Source: Selaginella moellendorffii
Lineage: Eukaryota; Plantae; Lycopodiophyta
Reading direction: 5' to 3'
NCBI RefSeq assembly: GCF_000143415.4
Contig: NW_003314313.1
Span: 18,418-82,417, forward strand
DNA: 64,000 nt
Made by a program: the position numbers and the translations under genes
Notes under the pieces: model-generated
Told to the model about the DNA's origin: nothing
What the model saw: only the letters and a program-made list of their open reading frames with translations
Database searches by the model: none
Part shown: positions 49,469 through 61,704 of the stretch, one piece after another
How positions within the stretch are numbered: position 1 is the first letter of the stretch
Layout of the letters: every line of letters starts with the position of its first letter

Positions 49469-50539
49469 ATTTGTAATTCATTTAATATTACATATATTAT
49501 GATAGCATAGAATACAAAAATGGACATATCGTTCTAGCCAAAAACCCTGGGCTATATATAAAAGCTAAATTGAATCCTATTCAACCATTATCGAAACCTT
49601 ATATCTCCTTTTCTTAAAATAATAAAAAAGAGTGAAATATATCAAAATATAAAATAAAGGTCATTTAATTTCTCATAAAGCATAAATACCATGAACTTTT
49701 AAAGTGTTATTATGGTCTAAGTTATAGTGTATTTCAACAAGGATGTCAATCTTTTTAAAAGGGGAGTATGTTATGGGTATTGAAAGCTACTTATTAATTT
49801 ATTCTTTTAGATATTTTGTTTTCTGTCAAGTTAGTAGTGGATTGGTACTTCTTGAGTCCCTCTTGTCACGTGTTAATAATCAAGGTTTAACTTAAAATAT
49901 TATCAATAAATATAAGATAGGAATTTATATAAAAATTTTACTGAGTAAATCTCTTTTGCTATGTTATTGGCTTTGTAGAATCCCTTATGTTAGTAACTCC
50001 GTTTTTCAAATGATAGCCTATTATTTTTCATGGCATTTTCACTATCATGTCTTGAATTCCTACTTTTATTTGTCCCATTTATTATTATAAAAAGAATTCA
50101 GATCTAATTAGGCCTATTTATAGAGAATAGAAAGTTTTTGAAAGACTATATTGTTATTCTTGTGATTTGGCACACTTTCTATTTAATGATTTTAGGAGAT
50201 AGCTATAAAGGATAAGTTTAAACAAAGTTTTTATAGGGTTGGAATATAATGCTTCAAATATTTTGTCATAAGTTTATTTGGCTTTTCTCTATAAATTTAC
50301 TATATACAAGTATTAATGTAATAAATATATTATAACATAATTTTTTTTTCCAAAAATTAAGCTCTAACCAATGCAAACTTGTTCAATGGTAGACATTATT
50401 CAATTATTCCATATGAAGCAATGATGGTCTTTTAATTACACTTGAGGTGTAATTAATGAAAACCTTTATATACATATAGAGATATATAAACACTTGGATA
50501 GGGAGGATTTGCAAGAGGTATTAACATTTAGGGAGATGT

Positions 50540-52140
50540 TTTTATTTAGGCTTATAGATAATATTAACAATAAGTTACCATCTTTGTGTGGATGATAAAC
50601 ATTTGTGAAGTGTGATGTATCCCTAGACAAAATGTCAAGATGTGAAATGCCTTAGCTATAAATATAAGACCATTATCTAAGATAATCTGTTTTAGACAAG
50701 AATGCTGAAACACCACTTGAAAGTATCCTATAACAATTATAAATGCACTAGCAAGATCACCAACTTCCATCCAACAAATTAAGTAATTGGACACAATAAT
50801 GATATACTCATTATCAATAGTCAACCATGGAAAAGGCCCTATTATATTAAATGCCACCAATTGAAAAATGGATAGAAAATTACAATTGACTCCAATTATT
50901 TTTCCACAACACAAGAGGGAGTATTTACAAACTTAGCACTAAATAAAGTTATGCACATACCAGGTAACATCTCATTACATTTTTAGCTAATAGAAAAACT
51001 TACATAATTTCTCAGTCAAATGACAATATCTTATATGTCTTCCTAGAATAGGAAAGTGATGGTCGTATGGAGAAAGTGCCCTTTGTACGAAATACTTTAG
51101 CTACTGCATATATATAATTTTTAGAAGATCAATTTCTTGAATGTCATAAATTTGTAGTTTAACTTGTTGTAACATTGTAACACCTAATACGGTCCTTTTT
51201 ATTGAGCCCTTTAGACAAACTTTATATGGTAAAATTAAGAAAATGAATTAACATTAAATCATCTACTTTGTACTTCATATGTGAAAAATGATAGGGTTTA
51301 TAGTGCTATTGTTGTCCCACTTGTATGTGGCCTAAGTGTTCAGTAGAATTCACTCAAATCAGTGGAAAAATGCTTATCAAATACTGATCTTAGGATTTAG
51401 CATTAATAACTCATGACAATCGTAAAAGCAAACTCAACTACATTGGTAATATCAAATTATGACCTTATAAGAGTTTATATGATGAAGCACCAGTAGAATT
51501 CTATATCCCCATGACATATGTATACCAAAGAAATAGTAAATAACCATCACAATCTGAATGCTGCAAATTCATGTACTTTGTGATCACTATTTTTGAAAGT
51601 CCAAATGAGCCATTCCACTAAACCCTTTGTTTATGGATGATAAGTACTTGCAAAAGTGTGGCATATTCCAAGAAAAATGTTAAAATATGAAATTCTTTAG
51701 CTTTAAATGTAAGACTATTATTTAAGAAAATCCACTCTAGAGAAAAATGTTCAAATACCACTCGATTGAGTAGAAAGTATTTAACAAAATTGCAAACACA
51801 CTAGCAAGAGCACTAACTTCCACTTAGTGAATCAAATAGTTAAAAGCAATAATGATTTACTTATTGCTAGCAATTGACTATGGAAAAGGCCACCACCACC
51901 ACCAAACACCACCAACTCAAATGAATAGGAAATTATAATTAATTCCAGCCATCCTTCCATAACATAAGGAGAAATATTACGAGCTTTACACCAAAAGCAA
52001 CTATATATATACCAAATAACATTACATCACATCTTCAGTTAATAGAAAAATCTATGCATCTTTTTAATAACAAGATAATATCTTATATATCCATCTAGAA
52101 TAAGAAAGTTATGGTAGATATAGAGAAAGTGTGGAATAAA
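50540..52140 (-). mobile_element. Two tandem decayed Ty3/gypsy integrase core remnants
   Basis: FQLVAFNIIGPFP...NEYIIIVSNYLICWMEV...FQHSCLKQIILDNGLIF...LGIHH at 50564-50914. A second copy at ~51600-52140 has YHP*TKGLVE and the same GPFP/IIIAFNYL pattern. Confidence 0.8.
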
Positions 52141-54958
52141 AATTGAAGGCACCATTAGCCATAAATGTTCATTAAGATTAGTCCTCACAAAATAAAGAAG
52201 GTCCTCTTCAACATGATATTAAGAATGTAAATGTCAAAATGGCAAATTATCAATAAGTGATATAAGGTCCTCAAATCTATCATAAAGCCTTCAAATCTAT
52301 GACTTAGGCTTTTAAGCCTCACGAATCTTATCAAAAGAAGGTAAATTTTGTTTTGTACTTTATGTACACTAAACATCAACTACACCAACCACCGATAGCA
52401 TAAAATCCTTATTAAAAAAATCTATAGATGCTAAAATAATAAGCTCATCAAGAACATAAGAAGAAAGTAAGGAAGGAATAAGAGCTCAAGAAAAGGTGTT
52501 AACATTAGTCATAAAACTCTTTGGGTGATGAACAACATTAAAATCATCAATTAAATCAATTCATATTATCCTTGAATATATTATTACAATTAAAATCATC
52601 ATTAAAATCATATTTTAAGCTTTAGGGCTCACCAAGTATTACGACCAACCAAATTCTTTCACTTCAATAATGAAGTAATCACACCATGATCATCTTTACA
52701 ACCTCCAAAAACCATACAAATATGCATGAAGTTTTTCAAAACCTTAAATTATTACTAAACACTTTTCTGTTATGGAGTAGTTCACCCCCATTAGTTCTAA
52801 TATACAATTTATGTACGCAATGAGATGATATTGACTAATATACTTATTCTCTCTTGCATCAATACACCCCTAAGATCAATATTATAAGCTTTCAAATCCA
52901 TGGCTCAGGCTTTTGAGCCTCATGAACCTTAGGAAGTTGGTTTAAGAGTGAAGTGGATAAAATAAAAGATCAAGTGTAATTTAGATATGCCAAAATTAGA
53001 AGAGTTATTAACAACTCTTTGAAATTTATAAATGGCCATTTATAGTCCTTAGACCAAATGAAAAATGATGTTATTAACTTTAACAATACTCATAATGGTG
53101 TAGTACGATCAAAAAGACATGTGTATGTGATCATAGGATGAGATTTGAATATACTATCACTATGAATCATTGAAACCTTAGGGGTAAATAGAGATAAAAT
53201 AGCCACTAAAATCTTTCTCATTGAGCAATTGCCCATTTTCTAGTTGGCTTAAGAAAAAAGAGATAAAATACATTACAAAAAACTAACTTTAACTCTTTTA
53301 TGAAATTGAATGGTTAATGCTCTTTATCTAAGTATGGGTGGCACTACCTACTTAAATACCTTATATGGCTCATTGGAATCTTGTTTTAGGACAGGGCATC
53401 ATAGTGGCAAAAGGTAGAGGGAGTATTTATGAAGTTTTTATTATGCTATAGTGTTTCAAAATGACATCCCAAAATCCTGAACCATGAAAAGAAAAATGAG
53501 TGGTCCTTTTACTTAATGACCAAAGGTATAGCTACATAGTGAAGAAGTCCCAAAAGGTAATGGGATTTAGTGAACTTGTGGTGGTGTTGGTGAACATTCT
53601 TAACTTGATTCATTTTGATATATTTGTCTTTGCACAAAGCAAGAAGCTTTGGAAGCAAACACTAGATTACATCACTGACTCAAACAACTTTTGATAAAAA
53701 CAATGCAATTGTTAAAAAGTATTATCACAATTGTCAACATGTCTAACTATGTGCTTAAAGATATCCAGAAGAAGGTTCCAATCCACACAAATGAGTGTGC
53801 TCAAACCATTGTACCATTGTAATATTGTCTCTTAGAGACATAATGAAAACTCACTTAGATGCTAAGCATCATTCTATGATAGGTAACAATCACTGTAAAA
53901 TGATTGAATTAATGGTACACATCATTCTAGGATCCTTATGGAAGAACTCTAATCAAATGTGAGGATTATCAATAATAGCAAAAGGAGCTATACCACACAC
54001 TGTGAATGTTACCATTAATTAAATCTGATTATTCAACTGCAACTGTATAGCATTGAGCAAGTGCACCAATTGCTACTCTAGAGTCAAAAGAGGAGGAGGT
54101 TACTGCTCTGCCATAAAAAATGATGTAAAGTAGAAAAACAAAACAGAAGAAATTTAAAAACTACAAAAATAGAGAGATTTAGATAATGCAAAAACTAAAT
54201 TTAAATCAAATACATAAATCCAAACACTCTGCAAGAACAATTAAAACCACCTTGTATAGAAATATAGAAATAAAATACAAAATATACATATTTAACCCTA
54301 GCTTATATACAAGAGTAAATGTTCCAAACTTAAACTAATACAAAATCCCACTACACTAATATTAATATATGGCATTATAATTGTACACTTAGACCTCACA
54401 ATTTTAATTTTCTTTTGTTTTCAAGCTTGTCTCTAGAAGATTTTTCTCACAGTGCATATTCCTACTGTGAACAAATGTTAAGTATGCACAAAGAAGGCCT
54501 TCAAAATTTTCTCTCTATGCCAAAGTCTTTATATCTCCCAGCACCATTTTTGTGTTTCAAGTTAATCCTCAAAAGTAATTTTTCATCCACTCACGCTCCG
54601 ACTTCTGGACCTCGATCTACACAAAACATGGGATTTGATATTTACTAGCAAACTAGGGGAATTGTCTGATGCACCAGTGGACACTTCTATCAGCCTGGAA
54701 CTTCACATATTGGTATGCTTTCCCTCAAAACCAGGAGCAGGAGACAACTTTATACATCTTAACATATACTAGAATATTCAAGGATTTTCATAGAGACTCT
54801 CCAAGCCTGAGCTTTCCATCACTATTTCAGATATGGATCAAGAGCTCCCTATTAGGAGATAAAGATGTAAAGTTGCTCCGGAGCTGCTGGAGGATAAGAT
54901 ACTAGAGTCTTGATGACAACACAATTTTCATTCCTGACGGTCTAAATCCCTCTCCAAC

Positions 54959-55832
54959 TTACACAGATTGCGATGGTATCCTACCCACAAAACCCCAACC
55001 TTGAGGGGGCCAAATCTAGAAATTCATAAAACCTTAGCTACAACTTTAACAAGACAACGCAAGGCTTGCTCACCCGGTAAAACACCCTGCCCTGGAGCAA
55101 TGCAGAAGGCACTGGCCCATACTCCCGCGAGTCTCTCGACTTGTGGAAGTTATCCCCTTGAAGCCAGACATGTCCCTTCGGTATCTGCAAATGATAGAAC
55201 TAAACACCAAAAGGTATAGAAACTCGAGTGAGCACCTTAACCTTTGCCGAACCTCCTTTATCACTCACCACAGTGATGGTGTCACCCTCCAGGCCAAGGA
55301 TTCTCTTGCAGACTACCATGCGTGGATCGGATGGTGATCTCGCCATGACAACGTCCCCGACTCTGATTTTCCCAAGCTTTACCGACAATCGCTCGGTCAC
55401 CAGGATGTCCCCTCGTATATTAAACGTTGGAAGCATACTGGGTCCAATGCACTGCGAAGAACAAACGGGCAGTGTTAAGATCTTTGCATAGCAAAAAGAA
55501 AGTAGGAGCATAAAGCAAGCACAAGATATAAAGGATGAAACCAAATAGAAAATATTTTGAAGAACAATCTAACATCGCGATGCAATGAATCAGGAGAAAT
55601 TGTACTGATGTGCGAAATCCAATACATCGCACGACCGATGGATCAATGCAGGGGAAAAATCCAGAAAACAATGTGGCAAAGGCCATGAACCGGAAGAAAG
55701 AAGCAATGCGTGATCGAAGCGCCTCACCTGTTGAATCTGGAGGACGTGATTGGAGAAGACATCCATAAAGCACACACATTGCACAATCGCAGCGCCTCGC
55801 CCAGCCACATCGCTCAAGCTCTTCCATAGCAT
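54959..55832 (-). CDS. IMP1: Mitochondrial inner membrane peptidase subunit 1-like (S26 family), 4 exons
   Basis: CIGPSMLPT (catalytic Ser), [20 protein letters not shown] (catalytic Lys), [34 protein letters not shown]. Confidence 0.93.
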
Positions 55833-55953
55833 CGTTGCCCTGGCATCTTCTGTCAAGCCCTACCTGCATATTCCGTCTGCAACATATTCCGTTGGGAGCA
55901 AAGCATATGCCGTCTTCGTCTTCCTCCCGAAACCTAGCAATGGCCGGCGGCGA

Positions 55954-58494
55954 ATGACCGCCGTGAGTGCTTGTTGCAGGGAATCCCTCGCTCGCCTCTT
56001 GCGCCAATGCTCCAGCCTCGTCGAGGGGCGAGCCCTCCACGCCAGGATCGCCGCCGCTGGGTTCGCGGATCGCGATGTGCTGCTCAGCAACATGCTTGTT
56101 CGAATGTATGGCAACTGCGGCAGCGTGGGCGATGCCTGCCGCGTCTTCGACGCCATCGAGCCCAAGAATCGCTTCTCCTGGAACATGATCCTGGCCGCCT
56201 ACGCGGAGAATGGCCACATCGACGCAGCGCGCGCGGCGTTCGTCGCCATGCCCGCGCGGGATCTGGTTGCGTGGACAGTCCTTATAGCCGGATTCGCGAA
56301 GAGCGGCGAGATGGAAGCCGCGATAGCTACGTTCTTGCGGACGCCCCAGTGGGATTCCCCTTGCTGGAATGTGCTTATCGCGGCATTTGCCCAAACAGGG
56401 CAATGTGCTCAAGCGAAGCATGTCTTTGATTTCATGCCCGAGCCCGATTCCATCTCCTGGAACACACTGATGCAAGCTTTCGCGCAGCACCATTCAATCT
56501 GTGATGCCAAAGAAATCTTTGATCGAATGCCCGCGCGGCAGCTCTCGTCCTGGAATTGTCTACTCACTGCATCTGCCCAAGCAGGGGATTTGCAGTGGAT
56601 TGACGATGTCTTTGATCGGATTCCTCTCCATGATGTGATCTCCTGGACGGCATTTCTAGGGGCCTATGCTGAATCACACAAGCTCGATTCAGCACAAGAG
56701 ATCTTCGATCGTATGCCCGAGAGGAACGCAATCTCTTGGAACGCGATGATCGCGGTAAATGCCAAAGCGGGGCGAATCCACGATTCGTGGTCGATGCTGC
56801 GGAGGATGCCCCAGCACAGCGTCAATCCCTGGAACGCGATCCTCCAGCACTGCCCGTCGATCGACCGCGCGCGCGAGCTCTTCCAATCGATGCGCCACAG
56901 GAACCTCTTGTCCTGGAACACTGCTCTCGGGGTCTTTGCGGAGCAAATGGCCGCGATGGGCGAGCTCTTCGATCGAATGCCAGCGCGCAGCATTGTCTCC
57001 TTCAACGCCGCGATCAAAGCCCACACCGATCGCGGGGACGTGCACGGCGCGATGGCGGTGCTGGATTCCATCCCAGGCGACGGTGGTAGTGGCGGCGATC
57101 TCATCTCCTGGACGATGATCGTGGCGGCCCACGCCCGCCGCTATGGCGGCGCTGCCGACGCGATCTACCTCTTCGATCGCCTCCCTCACCGCGATCTCTA
57201 CTGCTGGAACGCGCTCCTCGTCGCGCTGGCTGAGAACGTTTTGAGCGGCGATCATCTCATCCACGCGAAGAGGCTCTTCGATCGAATGCCCGCCCACGAT
57301 TCGTGCGCTAGCAACGCGATGATCCAGGCGCTCGCGGCGGAGCATCGAATCGATGGCGCCAAGACCGTGTTTGATCGAATCCCCCGCCCGGATCTCCAGC
57401 TCCTCCCAGGAACATCGATGATCAGCCTTCTCGGCCGGAGTGGTGGATCATCCCTCTCCCAGGCACTGGCGATCTTCCACGGCCTCGCCCAGCGCGATCA
57501 GGCCTCCTGGAACGCGATCGTGGAGGCGTGCGCTCGATTCGGGGAGCCGACCATTGCTGCCGCCGCGATCGATCGAATGCCGCAGCGCGACGAGATCGCA
57601 TGGGTGGTGATCATCACCGAGCTCGCACAGCACGAAGGAGGATCCATAGATCGATCAAAAGCCCTCTTTGATTCGATCGGCGAGCCGACCACCGCGATCT
57701 GGAACGCGATCATCGCGGCCCACGGCCACTGCAAGCTCTACCGCGGGGCCATCCAGTGCTTCCGCGAGATGGATCTCTCCGGAGTGGAGAGCGACGAGGT
57801 GACGTTCTTGGCAGTCCTGGATGCTTGCCTGGGAGCTCCAGCGCTGGCCGAGGGGAGGATCATCCACGCCAGCTTGGTGGATCGATTCCACTCCCGCCAC
57901 TACTCGGAGATCATCACCAACACGCTCATCAACTTCTATGGCAAATCCGGGTGCTTGCGCGAGGCCATGGAGATCTTCCATGGATCAAAGCTCGGTGGTA
58001 TCTCCTCCACGTCATGGAATGTGATGATCGGAGCTTACGCTCACAATGGTCTCTCGGATCGAGCCAGCGAGCTCCTGGAGCTCATGGCGCTGGATGGATC
58101 TCTCCCGGATGCCTCGACGCTTATGAGCCTTCTCACAGCTTGCGCTCACGCCGGGAAGCTCCGCTACGCCCGAGACTACTTCGTCACTCTCAAGGGGGAT
58201 TTCTTCGTGGAGCCCGACCGCGATCACTTTGGCTGCGTTGTGGATCTCTTGGGACGATCCGGGAGGCTCCAGGAAGCGCTGGAGCTCGTGGAGAGCATGC
58301 CTTTCGAGCCCGACGCGGTGGCATTGACGAGCTTGCTGAGCTCGTGTAGGAATTTGCACTCGTCCGACGAGGAACTCGCGATTGGAGGGCGCGTTCTTGG
58401 AAAGTTGGCGGAGGTGAGCTCGAGATCCGCGGTGTTTGTCATGGCCTCAAGCATGCAAAGGGACGTCCAAGGTAAAAATCGATTCTTTCTATAG
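55954..58494 (+). CDS. PLS-class PPR protein with E-type tail
   Basis: Likely start MTAVSACCRESLARLLRQC at 55954, LSNMLVRMYGNCG, many repeats, ACAHAG...GCVVDLLGRSG...LLSSCR. The ORF-track start at 55750 overlaps IMP1 and is unlikely. Confidence 0.93.
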   Translation: MTAVSACCRESLARLLRQCSSLVEGRALHARIAAAGFADRDVLLSNMLVRMYGNCGSVGDACRVFDAIEPKNRFSWNMILAAYAENGHIDAARAAFVAMPARDLVAWTVLIAGFAKSGEMEAAIATFLRTPQWDSPCWNVLIAAFAQTGQCAQAKHVFDFMPEPDSISWNTLMQAFAQHHSICDAKEIFDRMPARQLSSWNCLLTASAQAGDLQWIDDVFDRIPLHDVISWTAFLGAYAESHKLDSAQEIFDRMPERNAISWNAMIAVNAKAGRIHDSWSMLRRMPQHSVNPWNAILQHCPSIDRARELFQSMRHRNLLSWNTALGVFAEQMAAMGELFDRMPARSIVSFNAAIKAHTDRGDVHGAMAVLDSIPGDGGSGGDLISWTMIVAAHARRYGGAADAIYLFDRLPHRDLYCWNALLVALAENVLSGDHLIHAKRLFDRMPAHDSCASNAMIQALAAEHRIDGAKTVFDRIPRPDLQLLPGTSMISLLGRSGGSSLSQALAIFHGLAQRDQASWNAIVEACARFGEPTIAAAAIDRMPQRDEIAWVVIITELAQHEGGSIDRSKALFDSIGEPTTAIWNAIIAAHGHCKLYRGAIQCFREMDLSGVESDEVTFLAVLDACLGAPALAEGRIIHASLVDRFHSRHYSEIITNTLINFYGKSGCLREAMEIFHGSKLGGISSTSWNVMIGAYAHNGLSDRASELLELMALDGSLPDASTLMSLLTACAHAGKLRYARDYFVTLKGDFFVEPDRDHFGCVVDLLGRSGRLQEALELVESMPFEPDAVALTSLLSSCRNLHSSDEELAIGGRVLGKLAEVSSRSAVFVMASSMQRDVQGKNRFFL

Positions 58495-58543
58495 TGCTTC
58501 TTAACTTGTATTTTTCTTTTTGGGTGTTAGCGTGAACGCGGCT

Positions 58544-59651
58544 ATGGCGGAGAGGCTGGAATTGGGAGAAGCGGCCCCAAACTTTGAGGTGTGCTCGCAG
58601 CATTTCTTGTTTCGATTTAATTTGTTTCTCTAACTCTTGGGAAGTTTCAGCTCCCGGAGCCTTTGAGTGGAAAGACATGGAAGCTCGAGGATTTCAAGCA
58701 ATCTCCAGCACTTTTGGTGACTTTGCTTCTTCTTTTCGTCCAGGAGATTCTAAAACTTGTTTTGCAGGTGATGTTTATCTGCAACCATTGTCCATATGTT
58801 GTGCATCTGAAGGAAGCCATTGCCAAGCTTGCACAAGAGTATTCACAGGTGGAAGGGAAATCTTTCCTTTTTCTCCTTCTTGGGTTTTAATAGCGTTTGT
58901 GCAACAGAAGGGTGTTGCTGTGGTTGGAATCTCCTCAAACTCGGTGGCAACACATCCAGAAGTGAGAAAATTTCGCTTGTTTTTCGCTTTTCTTGCTTTT
59001 GTCTTTCTTTTTTCTTTTTCTAGTTTGCAGAAGTTTTGAGAGTTTGTTTGATGTGTAGGATGGACCTCAGATGATGGCAGAGGATGCTAAAAAATTTGGC
59101 TACAACTTCCCATATCTTTATGACGAGGCATGTATTTTCTTTTCTCTAGAGCTCTCTCTCTCTCTCTGTGTCTCTCGTGTTTTCTCTTATTTTGTCTAAA
59201 TCCTTGTCTCCACAGACTCAGCAAGTTGCTAAGGCTTATGGAGCTGTTTGCACTCCGGAGTTTTTCTTGTTCAAAAAGGTAACTTGGTTTTCTCGCATAA
59301 CAGTTGGAAAAAAAAACATCTTTTCTCCTACCAGTCAGAAGAAAAATGCTTCGAGCTCGTATACCACGGCAGATTCGACGAGTCCCGCCCTCGCAGCGGC
59401 AAGCCCATAACCGGAAGGCATGGCTCTATGCTCCAATTTCCATATCCAGTCCAAGCTATAGCTAATTCGCTTTGGTTGATGTTTACAGTGATATTCGCGA
59501 GGCACTGGACTGTGTTCTTTCTGGCAAGCCAATTTCTGGGACACAATTCGCAAGGTCAGAAATATATCTTTCTTTTTCTCTCTTGTTTCTCACACGATTT
59601 TTTTACTACAAATACAGTGTTGGCTGCACTATCAAATGGCACCCGCAGTGA
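58544..59651 (+). CDS. Thioredoxin-fold AhpC/TSA-like (CNHC) protein, 9 short exons
   Basis: MAERLELGEAAPNFE|LPEPLSGKTWKLEDF...|VMFICNHCPYV...|VVGISSNSVATHPE|DGPQMMAEDAK...YLYDE|TQQVAKAYGAVCTPEFFLFKK|...LVYHGRFDESRP...|SDIREALD...|SVGCTIKWHPQ*. Confidence 0.92.
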
Positions 59652-59840
59652 GCTTAAAGCTCCATCTTTTAAGCCTGTTTGCTACAGTTTTTAAAGTAAG
59701 TTCTTTGTATTTCTTTGTGTTCAAGCAGGAAATAAGCTTCAAGAGCAAAAACCATGAGTGTTTTTTAAGAAGTGTTTTTTACAATCAAAACAAAAGAATT
59801 AAATTCTCTGCTTTTTTTCTTTTTTTTTTGGTTTTTCCGT

Positions 59841-60820
59841 TTAGCTGCCAGGAACAAATCTGGTGGCATAGGCCCAAGCATTGTTGACCACAGGGTTGTC
59901 GAGATGATCGAACAAGTTTTCCAAAGGTCCCTTGCCGGTGACAATAGCTTGGACGAAGAAACCGAACATGGAGAACATCGCCAGCCTTCCATTCTTGATC
60001 TCCTTCACCTTGAGCTCCGCCAGAGTCTCGGGGTCGTCAGCAAACCCCAGGGGATCAAAGTACTGGCCACCGGGATACAAGTCACCGCCTTCTCCAACGT
60101 CAGGAAGTCCATTGATCCTGTAACCCTCGACCAGTCCCATGAGAATCACTTGGCAAGCCCAGATGGCGAGGATGCTTTGAGCGTGAACCAAGTTGGGATT
60201 GCCGAGATAGTCGAGCCCTCCGTCGGAGAAGATCTGGGAGCCGGCCTTGAACCACACTTTCTCCTTGAACTCCACACCGACCCATTTGGAGAGGACCTCC
60301 GGGAAGACGCAGCCAAGAGCTCCCAGCATCGCCCAGCGTCCGTGGATCAGCTGGTTTGTTTATCAAAAAGAAAAGAAACAACAAGTTGGTTTTCAAACTT
60401 ACGAACACGAGAAGAGATCCAAGAAGTTTGGAAGTTCTTCCAAAGTTCTTGGAACTAAACGAGCGTACCTCGAGAGCGCGGTTGCGAGCAAAGGCCTCTG
60501 GATCAGCGGAGAGTCCGGCAGTGTCCCAGCCATAATCGCCAGGAAACTCTCCCTTCAAGTAGGATGGAGTTTGTGCGGAGAAAGGACCCAGGAACTTGAC
60601 ACGGTCTGGTCCATACCAGAGATCCTGGAGAGCAAAAAATTTATTAGAATTTTGAAGCAATGTAGGTGCTGGAGAGTAACTTTCGAGAGCTTACCATTGA
60701 AACCTTTGCTTGGCACTGGACGGATCTACCGCGAAGAGCATTCTTCCTGGACCCGGATCCCCGCAAGAAGGAGCTGCCGGACGCAGCCGCGGTGGATGCT
60801 GCAATCATCGCTGCTGCCAT
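59841..60820 (-). CDS. LHCB3: Light-harvesting chlorophyll a/b-binding protein Lhcb3 (exons 60820-60695, 60624-60469, 60350-59841)
   Basis: Transit peptide, [84 protein letters not shown]; segments diagnostic of Lhcb3. Confidence 0.95.
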
Positions 60821-60822
60821 CT

Positions 60823-60825
<3 letters not shown>

Positions 60826-60858
<33 letters not shown>

Positions 60859-60991
60859 CGATCGAGCGACTTACAAAAAACGAATGCGTCTATACTGTTT
60901 TAAAACCACACAACAATCCACGGAGGAGATAGGGTGAATGAATTACGTCCAATGGAAGGCTGCCTCGTGGCGTAGCCAAATCTCCACGTGG
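60826..60991. promoter_or_regulatory. Lhcb3 leader (CT/GA)n tract and G-box
   Basis: (CT)n 60826-60855, CCAAT ~60949, CCACGTGG 60984-60991. Confidence 0.6.
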
Positions 60992-61704
60992 CGACGTTGT
61001 GGAAGCCCTTTAGATTCTGTGCTAGGCATATTCCAATCACTAGACCGAGAGAGGGATGTTTCTTCTCGTCCCTGAAATTGTTGATGTTTTAGGAGTCCAT
61101 GTTACATGGGGAACATGTAAAGCTTTCTTCTTTGCACATTATGAATATAAGGAGTCAGCCCTCCAGCCTTGAGCACCTACCTTTGACAGTTCTACAAACT
61201 TTCTGAGTATGGTGCAATCGGCTAGAGTTAAGGTCATTACAGCTTGTAAAAGGCATTGAAGTTTTTAACAGAAGTCTAGTGAATTAATGCTCTTTAGCAC
61301 TTGAATAAAAAGCCATTGGCTACCTTCAGCTGAGGATGATCTAATGGTTGGAGCAAACAAATGAAAGATGGCCACATCATCCAGAGATGGATGGATGCTT
61401 CTTGAGTCATTTAACCTCAAAAAGGGAAAACTTTAACTTTATATTGATATTAAAGGCTATGAAAATACTTTTTAAATATCTATATGAATCCTTTTTGGTT
61501 GTTTTCTGAGAAGATTCCATGAAAATGATCTATGATAAAAAGTTAATATATATCCTTTTTTAACATTACAACACTTGTTACAGATTAAGAGAGTTAAAAC
61601 ATAGACAATGTAAATAAATTAGAATAAAAGATTTATAATAATAAATACTAAATAATAGCTTTATAATTTATGCAAATGCAAAACATTTTCATTGTTAATA
61701 AAAA

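Noticed and set aside
55750-55953. N-terminal extension of the 914-aa PPR ORF
   Set aside because: Begins at a non-ATG codon and overlaps IMP1 exon 1; the first ATG in frame is 55954.
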